Source: a virus (lineage: Duplodnaviria > Caudoviricetes). Taken from it: 37,312 nucleotides of DNA. Where the stretch lies: positions 1-37,312 of the IMG/VR virus record IMGVR_UViG_3300005077_000106; one strand, given 5' to 3'. Under the pieces are notes generated by a model. That model was not told the origin of the DNA. It did no database searches and saw only the letters and a list, made by a program, of their open reading frames with translations. The translations under genes and the position numbers were made by a program. The stretch's first letter is position 1. Each line of letters opens with the position of its first letter. This document shows, one piece after another, positions 24,636 through 33,499 of this stretch.

Positions 24636-26210
24636 ATGAGCAATAACAAGGCTCCGTGCCTTGCAGTGAGTTTTACCTGCCCCTCTGATATCGAGGTTGG
24701 TGATCCAGTAGTCATCTCATCTAGTGACTATACGGTTGCCGCAATATCGGCAGAGGCAGACGTAAAACACATTGGCACGGTTGTGAAACACGAAGATAGC
24801 GCAACGACTTGTACTGTGGAGACAAAATTCCGTGAGCGCAGAGATGACCGCACAGCAGCGGCAGTGTTCGCTAATGGCCCGTTCGTGTGGGATGCTACGG
24901 GTAAGGCTGCTGCGTATACAGCCGAGTCCACTGTCTCTGTCACTGGAACTGAAACTGGGCCGTATGCTGTGGTGACTGGCAGCAACGACAAAATCAAACT
25001 CAATGTCAATGGGGGCGCATCTCAGACGTTCACTCTTACCGCTGCGGCCAACGCTGTGCTGACTGGCAGTGTTGCACAGAATTATGCAATTGACGCTGGC
25101 GTGAATGACAAAATAGAGCTTGTGATTGGGACTGGTAGTGCTCAGACGTTCACTCTTACCGCTGCGACTAAGGCATCAGTAACTGGTACACAGACAGAGA
25201 CGTTCGCCATAGTCCTCGACACGAGCGATAAGATTAAGATCAAGGTTGGCGATGGAGACTCGCAGACATTCACCCTTACTGCTGGCGGGACGCAGACCGC
25301 AGCCAATGTTGTTGCAGACTTGGCAGCACTTGTGGACGCAACTGCTAGTGTTTCGGCTGGGGCAGTGAAGATTACATGTGATTCATCTGCTGATACTCTT
25401 GAGATCGAAGCAGTTGCCAACGATGCGTATACCGTGTTGGGCCTAACCGCAGCGGTTACGAGTCCCACGCTCCGTACGGCAGCTAATATCGTGTCGGATC
25501 TCGCGGCCCTTACCGACGCGTCGGCATCAGTCGCAACTGACAAGGTGAGGATAACTGCTACTGACATCGCAGATTCAATCACGATAAATGAAGTGGCGAA
25601 TGATACATATGCCACGTTAGGCTTCACGGAAGGAGTCACGACCCCCACACTTCGCACCGCATCGCAGATTGTCACCGACCTAGCTGCCATGACTGATGCT
25701 ACCGCGAGTGTGGCAAGTAATCACGTAAAAATCACAGCAGATACAGATGGTGACACGATAGAAATCGAAACCATCGCTAATGATGCTTATACCCTGCTTG
25801 GTTTTACCGAGTCAGAATATTCCGGTGAGTCTTCACACAGTCCGGCAGCAGTCGCTGGTGTGAAGATATCAGATCCTGAGCTTTGTGTCGTAACTGGGAC
25901 AAAAACTGGCCCATTTGCGATAACGCTAAACACCAATGACAAGCTCAAAATATCAATTGGTGGGGCAACAGCTCAAACGGTTACCCTTACCGCTGGTACA
26001 GCAAGAACTGCGACTCAGATTGCGGAAGATATTAATGCAACGGCAACAGATGTCACGGCATCCGCATATTGGGGTGCTGTTAGGTTGACGGCTGATGCAC
26101 CGGGCGATTCGATTGCGGTACAGAGCGTTACCTACAACTCTGCTACGACACTCGGTTTTACAGTGGGCACCACTGCTGCCCCTATGATTATCAATACGTT
26201 AGAGTATTAA
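24636..26210 (+). CDS. Decoration protein paralogue with four inserted ~100-aa modules
   Basis: Shares FTCP..VGDPVVIS, CTVETKFRERRDDR, SH.PAA..GV and TLEY with 24256..24627; internal repeats. Confidence 0.8.
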   Translation: MSNNKAPCLAVSFTCPSDIEVGDPVVISSSDYTVAAISAEADVKHIGTVVKHEDSATTCTVETKFRERRDDRTAAAVFANGPFVWDATGKAAAYTAESTVSVTGTETGPYAVVTGSNDKIKLNVNGGASQTFTLTAAANAVLTGSVAQNYAIDAGVNDKIELVIGTGSAQTFTLTAATKASVTGTQTETFAIVLDTSDKIKIKVGDGDSQTFTLTAGGTQTAANVVADLAALVDATASVSAGAVKITCDSSADTLEIEAVANDAYTVLGLTAAVTSPTLRTAANIVSDLAALTDASASVATDKVRITATDIADSITINEVANDTYATLGFTEGVTTPTLRTASQIVTDLAAMTDATASVASNHVKITADTDGDTIEIETIANDAYTLLGFTESEYSGESSHSPAAVAGVKISDPELCVVTGTKTGPFAITLNTNDKLKISIGGATAQTVTLTAGTARTATQIAEDINATATDVTASAYWGAVRLTADAPGDSIAVQSVTYNSATTLGFTVGTTAAPMIINTLEY

Positions 26211-26229
26211 ACTAAAGGAGAGTATTAAA

Positions 26230-27351
26230 ATGGGAGCTTTGGGGCTGAAAAACAGTCTTCACGAAAAAGTGGTTGCCCCGCTGAAAAACTATCGGGACGG
26301 TGACAAGGGCGGGAAGGAAATTTCCTTCATCAATTTCGCGCAGACTCGTGCGCTCAACGAAGATGGAAAGCCTATCGGGCTGAAGAATACATCTGGCAAT
26401 CCTATTACCTGGGATGATATTTGGACCGATCTCGGTCTAGATCCCGCGTCCGTGAGCCTTGATAACCTCTTGACGGTGAGCGGTGACGTTCGCTATTTGG
26501 CACCTGAGATCGTCAGAGATTTCATCCTAAAGGGTATGGAATCTGACGCATCGTACCTCGATCTGGTTGCTGGCGTTGAGTCCGTAGATCAGATGGTTGT
26601 TACGTCACCATGGATTCAGATGGTGAACGAAGGCCCAGAGGCAATCGGAGAAGCGGAAACTATCCCGCTGGCCGAAATGACCTGGGGCCACAAAACGATT
26701 GAACTGAGTAAACGAGCGAAAGCTATACAGTTCTCAGATGAGCTTATGTTGCGGGTTAAGCTGCCCCTTCTGAGCTACTACCTGCGTAAGTTCGGTGTAC
26801 TCCTGGCGTCTGATCTTTACACCGAAGCCATCACTACGATGGTGAACGGTGATCAGTCCGATAATTCCGATTCATGTGCAGTGGTCGGTGTTACCTCTAC
26901 TTCCAATGGTGTGGAATTTATAGATTTTCTTAGGGCGTGGATTCGCGCCCGTCGCATTGCTATGCGTTGGGACAGCCTTATCACCACGGAAGCTGGCGCA
27001 TGGGATGTCCTTCAGATCGATGAGTTCTCTGATCAGAAAGGCGTCGGCGGTCAGGTAGTGACCATCGAAACGAGGAATCAGGTTATTCCTTCGAGGATGC
27101 CTCACCTCATTTCCAGTGTGATCAATGATGACCAGCGTATGCTGTTCGATAAGTCCCAGGCGCTGCTCTTCTTGGTGTTCCGACCGCTCTTGGTGGAATC
27201 CGAGAGGATTATAATGAGGCAGATCCAGGGTACTGCGGCCAGCATTATCTGTGGCTGGAGCACGATCGATCGTAACGCAAGGATCATCCTTGATGGCAGC
27301 AAGGCGTACGGTAGCTACGGGTTCCCGTCCTACATGGCCCCGTTGGTGTAA
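26230..27351 (+). CDS. Major capsid protein
   Basis: AAGGAG RBS; 373 aa; IGEAETIP, KAIQFSDE (HK97-fold style); position in operon. Confidence 0.85.
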   Translation: MGALGLKNSLHEKVVAPLKNYRDGDKGGKEISFINFAQTRALNEDGKPIGLKNTSGNPITWDDIWTDLGLDPASVSLDNLLTVSGDVRYLAPEIVRDFILKGMESDASYLDLVAGVESVDQMVVTSPWIQMVNEGPEAIGEAETIPLAEMTWGHKTIELSKRAKAIQFSDELMLRVKLPLLSYYLRKFGVLLASDLYTEAITTMVNGDQSDNSDSCAVVGVTSTSNGVEFIDFLRAWIRARRIAMRWDSLITTEAGAWDVLQIDEFSDQKGVGGQVVTIETRNQVIPSRMPHLISSVINDDQRMLFDKSQALLFLVFRPLLVESERIIMRQIQGTAASIICGWSTIDRNARIILDGSKAYGSYGFPSYMAPLV

Positions 27352-27371
27352 ATAATTAAAGGGAGAGTGTT

Positions 27372-27722
27372 ATGTTGGTTAGTTTGAGAAACGGTGTGGG
27401 CATGTTTCGAGACCCCGCTACTGGGTTTAGTCTCGTTGGTGACGAGGTAAAGACTCTCCCTCAGAATGTTGGTGCCCTTACACGTCGCTGGCTTAATGCT
27501 GGTGGCATCGTGTCTGTTGCCTCGAGTAAGCCGGTGGACAATAAAAATATCGATGAGGCTAGAGAAGTTGTTCAATCGTCCACAGCGGTTGACAACTATC
27601 TAGCCGAGTTCGATAGGTCAGAGCTTATGAGACTCTGTAAGGAGAGGGGAATCCCTACAACTAGGAAAGACAAGGCTATTGACCTGGCAAGGCGACTTGC
27701 CGAAGTGGACCTTGAAACATGA
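27372..27722 (+). CDS. Small head-associated protein with C-terminal HeH/SAP-like motif
   Basis: ELMRLCKERGI...KAIDLARRL; follows capsid gene. Confidence 0.6.
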   Translation: MLVSLRNGVGMFRDPATGFSLVGDEVKTLPQNVGALTRRWLNAGGIVSVASSKPVDNKNIDEAREVVQSSTAVDNYLAEFDRSELMRLCKERGIPTTRKDKAIDLARRLAEVDLET

Positions 27723-28111
27723 GCATTGACATCACAGCCCTGGTAACTATAGATCTCGAGCCTGTTTTCACGCTAGACCCCACACTAAGCACCACTATAT
27801 CAGACAGAATAGCAGCGGAGATGGCGCTACAGGGGTGGGGTATCAGTGACATAACTGATGCCAGGGCAGTGTATATCGCTACGCTTACGAGCAAAGCTTT
27901 TATACCGAGACTGCTCCTGAAGTTCGCCCAAGAGCTCAAAAAAACTAAGGCAGCAAAAGCAGAAGCAGAGTTTAATGATGCCATTAGATATCTAGAGGCT
28001 CTTCAGGTGGAGTTGCAAGATAGGCTGCAGCGCGCGGCCTCAGAGGTAGCCCCAGAGGACCTTCCAGTAACTCAGACACCGTGGCCGAGCTGTGGGGTTG
28101 TGGAGTGGTAG
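27719..28111 (+). CDS. Putative head-tail adaptor
   Basis: Helical 130 aa; position only. Confidence 0.55.
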   Translation: MSIDITALVTIDLEPVFTLDPTLSTTISDRIAAEMALQGWGISDITDARAVYIATLTSKAFIPRLLLKFAQELKKTKAAKAEAEFNDAIRYLEALQVELQDRLQRAASEVAPEDLPVTQTPWPSCGVVEW

Positions 28112-28522
28112 TTGAGGCCTGAACAGGTTGAGCGTGTTGATGCTGGGATACAAAAGGGATACCGCCTTTTGGCCGGCGACACAGTAACCATTGTAAACGG
28201 GGACAGCGAAATAGATGTCACGTGCATTATGTACGACCTGGAGACTGGAGAGGGGCTTACTGTCGACGCAGCCGGCATCAGGAGTGACGTTATAAGGGAG
28301 ATATTGATCTTAAACACTGACATATCTGACTTTGACTTTTCCCCGGAGTGCCACTTTATAGTTAATGGAGAGCGATGGGACTTTGTATCCGGCGACCCAA
28401 TCATGTCGGCGGTGGTGCCGATAGGTGGTCTTCACAATATGACTCTCTGCTGGGTTACTAGGGCAACCGAAATAGAAAAGACAGACACAGAGGGCACCTG
28501 GGGGTGGAACAGTAACGGGTGA
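28112..28522 (+). CDS. Putative head closure protein
   Basis: Beta-rich 136 aa with FIVNGERW; position. Confidence 0.55.
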   Translation: MRPEQVERVDAGIQKGYRLLAGDTVTIVNGDSEIDVTCIMYDLETGEGLTVDAAGIRSDVIREILILNTDISDFDFSPECHFIVNGERWDFVSGDPIMSAVVPIGGLHNMTLCWVTRATEIEKTDTEGTWGWNSNG

Positions 28523-29109
28523 AAATAGCGGTTAGCAGGGATGCGCAAAAATTCTCCTCAAGCCTCAAGAGGGCCTCTAAGCGGCTATATCCAGAGGTTC
28601 GGAATGCCAGGGACCAGGCAGGACGATATCTTGAACAGGCGGTCAGGAATACGCTTAATGCGCAGGACTTCACCCCCATATCTGAGGCGTGGCTCGAATG
28701 GAAAATGGAGCATGGTTTTGATACCAGAATCCTTTTTATGACCCACATTATGTATCACATGGTGCGTGCCAAGAAATATGCGACGTCAAGATCTGTCATG
28801 AGCGGCGGGGTAACTGTTATCGATAGACAGTACCCGAGGCTAGAGACGTTGTTATCGAGAGCCCCAGAGAACCGTATTATGGCCTCTAGGGCAGAGGCCA
28901 CTAAATCGTCCAGATCTATATCGAAGAAGAGCGGCGGCCGGCGAAGGAAAGCCAGCTCACCTTCGACTACACTGACAGTAGCGAAGGAACATGAGGGTGA
29001 CAGAGAAAAGCGTAGGGCTTTTTTTAAGCCAACCTACGCGCGGGAGCTCCCTAAGGTTCTCGGTTTTTTTAGGGAGGCCCTAGAGAAGGTGGTAAAGGCG
29101 ATTCGATGA
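28519..29109 (+). CDS. Putative neck/tail completion protein
   Basis: Basic; TPISEAW..WK, RILF.T, HEG...RRAFFKP. Confidence 0.65.
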   Translation: MKIAVSRDAQKFSSSLKRASKRLYPEVRNARDQAGRYLEQAVRNTLNAQDFTPISEAWLEWKMEHGFDTRILFMTHIMYHMVRAKKYATSRSVMSGGVTVIDRQYPRLETLLSRAPENRIMASRAEATKSSRSISKKSGGRRRKASSPSTTLTVAKEHEGDREKRRAFFKPTYARELPKVLGFFREALEKVVKAIR

Positions 29110-29681
29110 TTGACACCCTAGAGCAGCACATAGTCTCCAGGCTTAGAAGAGTGACTGTCAACAGTGAGCCCATGAGGGTACTGCCTTACTCGCCTGGTAG
29201 AGATAGCGGAGAGACTAGATACCCGTGCTGCTGGCTGTGTATGAGGGGGTTTTTCCAGACCACCGTTGATGCACGGCCGATGTGTGAAGTCATAACTCCA
29301 GTGGGCGATGAGGTCACAATTACCCTTCCGTATAACATGGGCGGCCACCAGGTGTCAGGTACCCCGAGTTGGGATTTCAAGCCGTACCCAACACCTACGG
29401 AGCTTTATTACGAGCTCGGGGCAGGTGCTACCCGAATTTCTGATCACCACAAGCTGCTGGAGGGAATATTCCAGGCGTTTCCAGTCGGTTATACCCCTAC
29501 GCTTTCTACTCAGAGACCATTCTTTAAGTTAGAGAACGTAGTAGAGGATGACGATTTCGAGAAGCCCCTTTTTGTTAAAATTTTCATGCTCAGGGTCACC
29601 GATCTGTGGCTCGAACGGGCTGAGATAGAAACATATGCATCAATGCGGGATATCACTTTGTCCTGCGATGTCGAAGACTAG
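29106..29681 (+). CDS. Putative tail terminator
   Basis: Position ahead of sheath; 191 aa. Confidence 0.5.
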   Translation: MIDTLEQHIVSRLRRVTVNSEPMRVLPYSPGRDSGETRYPCCWLCMRGFFQTTVDARPMCEVITPVGDEVTITLPYNMGGHQVSGTPSWDFKPYPTPTELYYELGAGATRISDHHKLLEGIFQAFPVGYTPTLSTQRPFFKLENVVEDDDFEKPLFVKIFMLRVTDLWLERAEIETYASMRDITLSCDVED

Positions 29682-29693
29682 GAGGGATTTTAG

Positions 29694-29915
29694 ATGACCA
29701 CCAACGCTCAGTCCGGGACCGGGCTAGTAAGGATCGTGAATCTAGAGGCCAGCTACAAGGATATCACCTTGCTAGATGGGAGCAATATAAGGCTTGCACC
29801 TTATTCAAGGGGAGGAGGCCCCAATGTATCTGAGCCTGTGCTCAAAAAGCTCCTCCCCCCGGCGCTAAAAAGCATGGCTACCCGGCGATGGATCAAGATA
29901 GAGGAGGTATCATAA
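29694..29915 (+). CDS. Small hypothetical protein before sheath
   Basis: GGAGG RBS; 73 aa. Confidence 0.65.
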   Translation: MTTNAQSGTGLVRIVNLEASYKDITLLDGSNIRLAPYSRGGGPNVSEPVLKKLLPPALKSMATRRWIKIEEVS

Positions 29916-29916
29916 T

Positions 29917-32027
29917 ATGACTCTAGGAGCTGCGCGAGTAATCCCCCGTCTAATTGATCTGTCGTTCTATGTAGATCAGCTTATGGCGGGGTATGTTGTA
30001 GCTATTGTGCAAACAGAGAGGGGGCCCTTATGGGAGCCTACGCCTGTAACATCGTGGGACGAATTCGAGAGGTCGTTTGGCAGATGTTACAGCGGAAGCA
30101 CCGACCCCTTGGTTATGAAGATGGGTCTGCTGCAAGGAGCCCAGTTCCTTGTTATTAGAATCGTAAACTGCACGGATCCGTCAGACATCACGACCGCTAC
30201 GGCCCTCACATCTTCTCTCACCCTGCAAGATCGAGGGGACACGCCTACTGCTGGCAGCGTAATCTCCGCTGTAGGGGCTTTCACTATTGTAGCCGCATCT
30301 GGTGGTACCGCAACCGGTAGCGAGGTTCAGAATTTTACATTCGGGACCGGTAGCAGCGATAAGCTGCTCATTTCTGTTGGCGGAGGGGGCGACCAAGAGG
30401 TGACGCTTTCTGGTAGCGCACAGACTGCAACTCAGGTGTGTGCGACAATAAACGCCGCCACAACTGATCTTACCGCTACCGTGTCCGAGGGTAGAGTAAA
30501 GATTACCGCCGACGACGCTGCAGACAATCTTGTTATAAAGGTGATAGCCAACGATGCCTATAGCGTTCTGGGCCTTGTCGAGGGTACTTACGCTGTTACC
30601 GCCGGAACAGATAGTCTCGTGATAGCGGTAGATGGGGGCGCAGATCAGGAGTTTACGCTTACGGCAGGCGCTAGGACCGCTGCCCAGATAGTCACGGATC
30701 TCAGCGCTCTCACAGGCGCAACCGCAACCGCAACCGGCGGGAAGGTCTTACATTTGAATCCAAAAATCCTGGAGCTTGGGGCAATTCCCTTAAAATATAT
30801 GCCTACGATAGTGATCTGCACCCTGATGACACGTTTGATATTCGTGTTGCCTATAGCCTGCAGGGTGGTTTGAATGAGTACTTCTCTGACCTGTCGATGG
30901 ATCCAGAGTCGGAAAGGTATGTTGTTAATTTTATCAACGAGCGCTCCAGACTTGTTACGGTGACCGACGAAGAGTCAACCAATTCATCTGCAGTTGCCAG
31001 GCCACTTGAAGATACAGTGGGGACGTCCATGACTGGTGGTTCTGACGGGGACCCCATCACAGACGCAGATTACATCGGAGATGAACTCGCACAGACAGGC
31101 ATCTATGCGTGCGACAAGACCGACATGTCTATCGATGTAATCATTCCGGGGACCACCTCGATAAGCGTCCTGCAGGCGCTCACTGCATATTGCGAAGACC
31201 GCGGATTGTTCATTGCATATGCCAATACGCCGAACGGCCTAGCCCCCAGCGACGCTAAGGACTGGCGAATGGGCGATTCGCCCTACTCGCATGAGGCATT
31301 TAATAGCCACCGCCTTACGCTGTGGTTTGGTAGACCGCTTTGCTATGACTCTCAGTATGACACTCGTCGCTATATCTCAAATCTTGGGCACCTGGCCTCT
31401 TGTCTTTCCAAGACCACGGTTCGCTACGATTATTCTTATGCGCCTGTCGGGCCAAGGAGAGGCACGGTTGATTACGTAGAGGGCATCGACTACAACGTAG
31501 CACAATACCCAGGTTACCAAGATATGTTCGCCGACTACGGCATCAACTCCCTCATAATAAACCGTCAACAAGGAATAGAGGGGGCGATGTTTTGGGAGCA
31601 GTATACTACTCAGCGTGCAGCGTCCGCCCTCAGGGACCTCAATGTTGTGAGATTCTGTACAATGGTAGTGCGTGTGCTGATGCCGGTGCTCCGTACGTTC
31701 GTATTTGAACCTAACCACCCGGTAACATGGCGAGAAGTCCACAGAACCCTGGAGCCGACATTCCAGCTCTGGAAGTCTAAGTTCAATATATATAGCTACT
31801 TTTTACAGACAGACAGGGATGCGTGGTTTGACTCAACCGGTGAGCTTAAAAATGCCACACTCAATACCGGCCTAGAAATAGACCAGGGTATCTATAGCTG
31901 CAGGGCCCTCATTCAGCCGACCAGAGCAATGAGGTATGTCATGTTCGACCTCGGAGTGATGCGGACCGGTGAGCAGTTCATTCAATATACTCCCCTCAAG
32001 GAATTGCCAGGGTGGGTCAAGCTTTAA
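29917..32027 (+). CDS. Tail sheath protein, frame broken near 30746
   Basis: TERGP..PTPVTSWDEFERSFG; in the -1 frame from 30747 LTFESKNPGAWGNSL, then GGSDG, YAPVGPRRG, LNVVR, FVFEPN. Confidence 0.88.
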
Positions 32028-32035
32028 TTAAAAAT

Positions 32036-32058
32036 GCGGAGTGCACTTCGCACTCCGC
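32036..32058. other. Perfect 9-bp stem-loop between sheath and tube genes
   Basis: GCGGAGTGC-ACTTC-GCACTCCGC; T tract only on the minus-strand side. Confidence 0.7.
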
Positions 32059-32079
32059 CCTTTACAGGAGACAACGAAA

Positions 32080-32559
32080 TTGGCACATACAGGCATAGTT
32101 TACGAGAAGGTAAAGGAGTACGCGTTCCGTGTCGAGGTAAACGGCTTTCCGGTAGGTTTAGTGGAGGAGTTTGACCCTGGTGAGGTTTCAATAGCCGTAG
32201 TTGAGAGTAACGGCGGAGGGCAAAACCACCCCACAAAAGAAGGCGGGATGCTTAAATATGGAAACGCCAAGCTCAGGAACGTGGTTCCTACAACAGGAAC
32301 CGGCGTGACGTTTTGGCAGCGTGCGCTTAACATGGTACAAAATCCGATGACTAATTCCGGGCTCTCCCCGTCTGGTTACTGGTTTAACTTTTCGATGGTG
32401 GAGCTCGATAACGAAAAAAATCCAGTGCGATCGACTGAATTCTATCAGGCGTTTGTTTGCAACTACAACATGGGCAACCGGAGTGCGCTGACGGAAGATA
32501 AAAATGCGATAGAAGAGGTGGAGATTGCGTACGTGGATAGAGAGACTAGGGATATCTAG
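32080..32559 (+). CDS. Tail tube protein (T4 gp19-like)
   Basis: TTG at 32080 with AGGAG RBS; FRVEVNG, KEGG..KYGN..L, AIEEVEIAY. Confidence 0.85.
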   Translation: MAHTGIVYEKVKEYAFRVEVNGFPVGLVEEFDPGEVSIAVVESNGGGQNHPTKEGGMLKYGNAKLRNVVPTTGTGVTFWQRALNMVQNPMTNSGLSPSGYWFNFSMVELDNEKNPVRSTEFYQAFVCNYNMGNRSALTEDKNAIEEVEIAYVDRETRDI

Positions 32560-32561
32560 AC

Positions 32562-33266
32562 ATGGCGCTTGAAACAAAAGAGGTCATCCTCCCGGTAAGC
32601 AAAAAGACCGTAGTTCTTAAAGAGGGCGACGGCTACACCGAAAGGAACCTGATCAAAAACAACAAGAAATTATACCAGACTGTCCCCCACTATGTTGTAG
32701 CCTCCATTGAGTCGATAGATGGAGGGGGGAAGCCTTCTGTTAAGGATGTGCAGGATCTGTTGGTGCCTGACATAGAGGCCCTGCTCATAGAGATATTTAA
32801 GCTAAACAATGGCAGCGAATTTCTCTTTGAGTATGTGTGCCAAAGCTGCGGCAAAGAGGTTGAAGTCGGAATAGACTTAGACACTCTTGAGTTTAGAAAA
32901 CTCAAAGATGGACTAGAGGAAAGCACGGATCCCACCATATTGCTAAGGCTTCCCAGGACAGGCAAAACAGTTGAGGTGGGGTGCCTGACAGGCAAAAAGG
33001 AAACGATCCTCATGGACCTGCAGGCCTCTGGCGTACTCGATCTTAGTCAGGGAGATTACCAGTGTTTGCGCTCCATAGATGGCAGCAAGGACTTTAGCTA
33101 CGAGGACGTTGTTAAGCTGCCGCTTGGAGATCATCGTGCGATACGTAGGGCTAGGAGAAACCTTGTGTGCGGATATGATGTTGATGTGTCTGTTACCTGC
33201 CCTGAATGCGACGCTAAGGAGGTCATCAATATCTTGATGCAGAGAGATTTTTTGTTCAGTGGGTGA
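32562..33266 (+). CDS. Tail assembly chaperone with CxxC pairs
   Basis: Between tube and tape measure; internally duplicated LP...K.V motif; CQSC and CPEC; ends at slippery DFL codons. Confidence 0.7.
   Translation: MALETKEVILPVSKKTVVLKEGDGYTERNLIKNNKKLYQTVPHYVVASIESIDGGGKPSVKDVQDLLVPDIEALLIEIFKLNNGSEFLFEYVCQSCGKEVEVGIDLDTLEFRKLKDGLEESTDPTILLRLPRTGKTVEVGCLTGKKETILMDLQASGVLDLSQGDYQCLRSIDGSKDFSYEDVVKLPLGDHRAIRRARRNLVCGYDVDVSVTCPECDAKEVINILMQRDFLFSG
33248..33254 (+). other. Programmed -1 frameshift site T TTT TTG
   Basis: In-frame X XXY YYZ heptamer; the -1 frame is open into 33263..33499. Confidence 0.8.
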
Positions 33267-33499
33267 TAGGTGTTCGCAAGGCAGTCGCTAATGTACAATG
33301 GGGCTGCAAAGACCTATCACTCATCTGCCCCTCTATATCCAACACCCTAGCCAACCTTACACAAGAGATTTTCAACCTGATATATCATTTACGGCTCCCC
33401 GCCCACGATGCGTACTCACTGACGAGGCGAATGCGTCACGAACTCTGGACTGCATTTGAATCCCAGAGGAAGTTCGAGGAAAAGAGCTCAAAAAGATGA
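33263..33499 (+). CDS. Tail chaperone frameshift extension
   Basis: -1 frame relative to upstream gene; LTRRMRHEL motif; ATGA overlap with tape measure. Confidence 0.7.
   Translation: MIGVRKAVANVQWGCKDLSLICPSISNTLANLTQEIFNLIYHLRLPAHDAYSLTRRMRHELWTAFESQRKFEEKSSKR

Noticed and set aside
25021-25166. Diversity-generating retroelement template/variable repeat pair
   Set aside because: Repeats are in-frame domain duplications without adenine-specific differences; no reverse transcriptase in the window.
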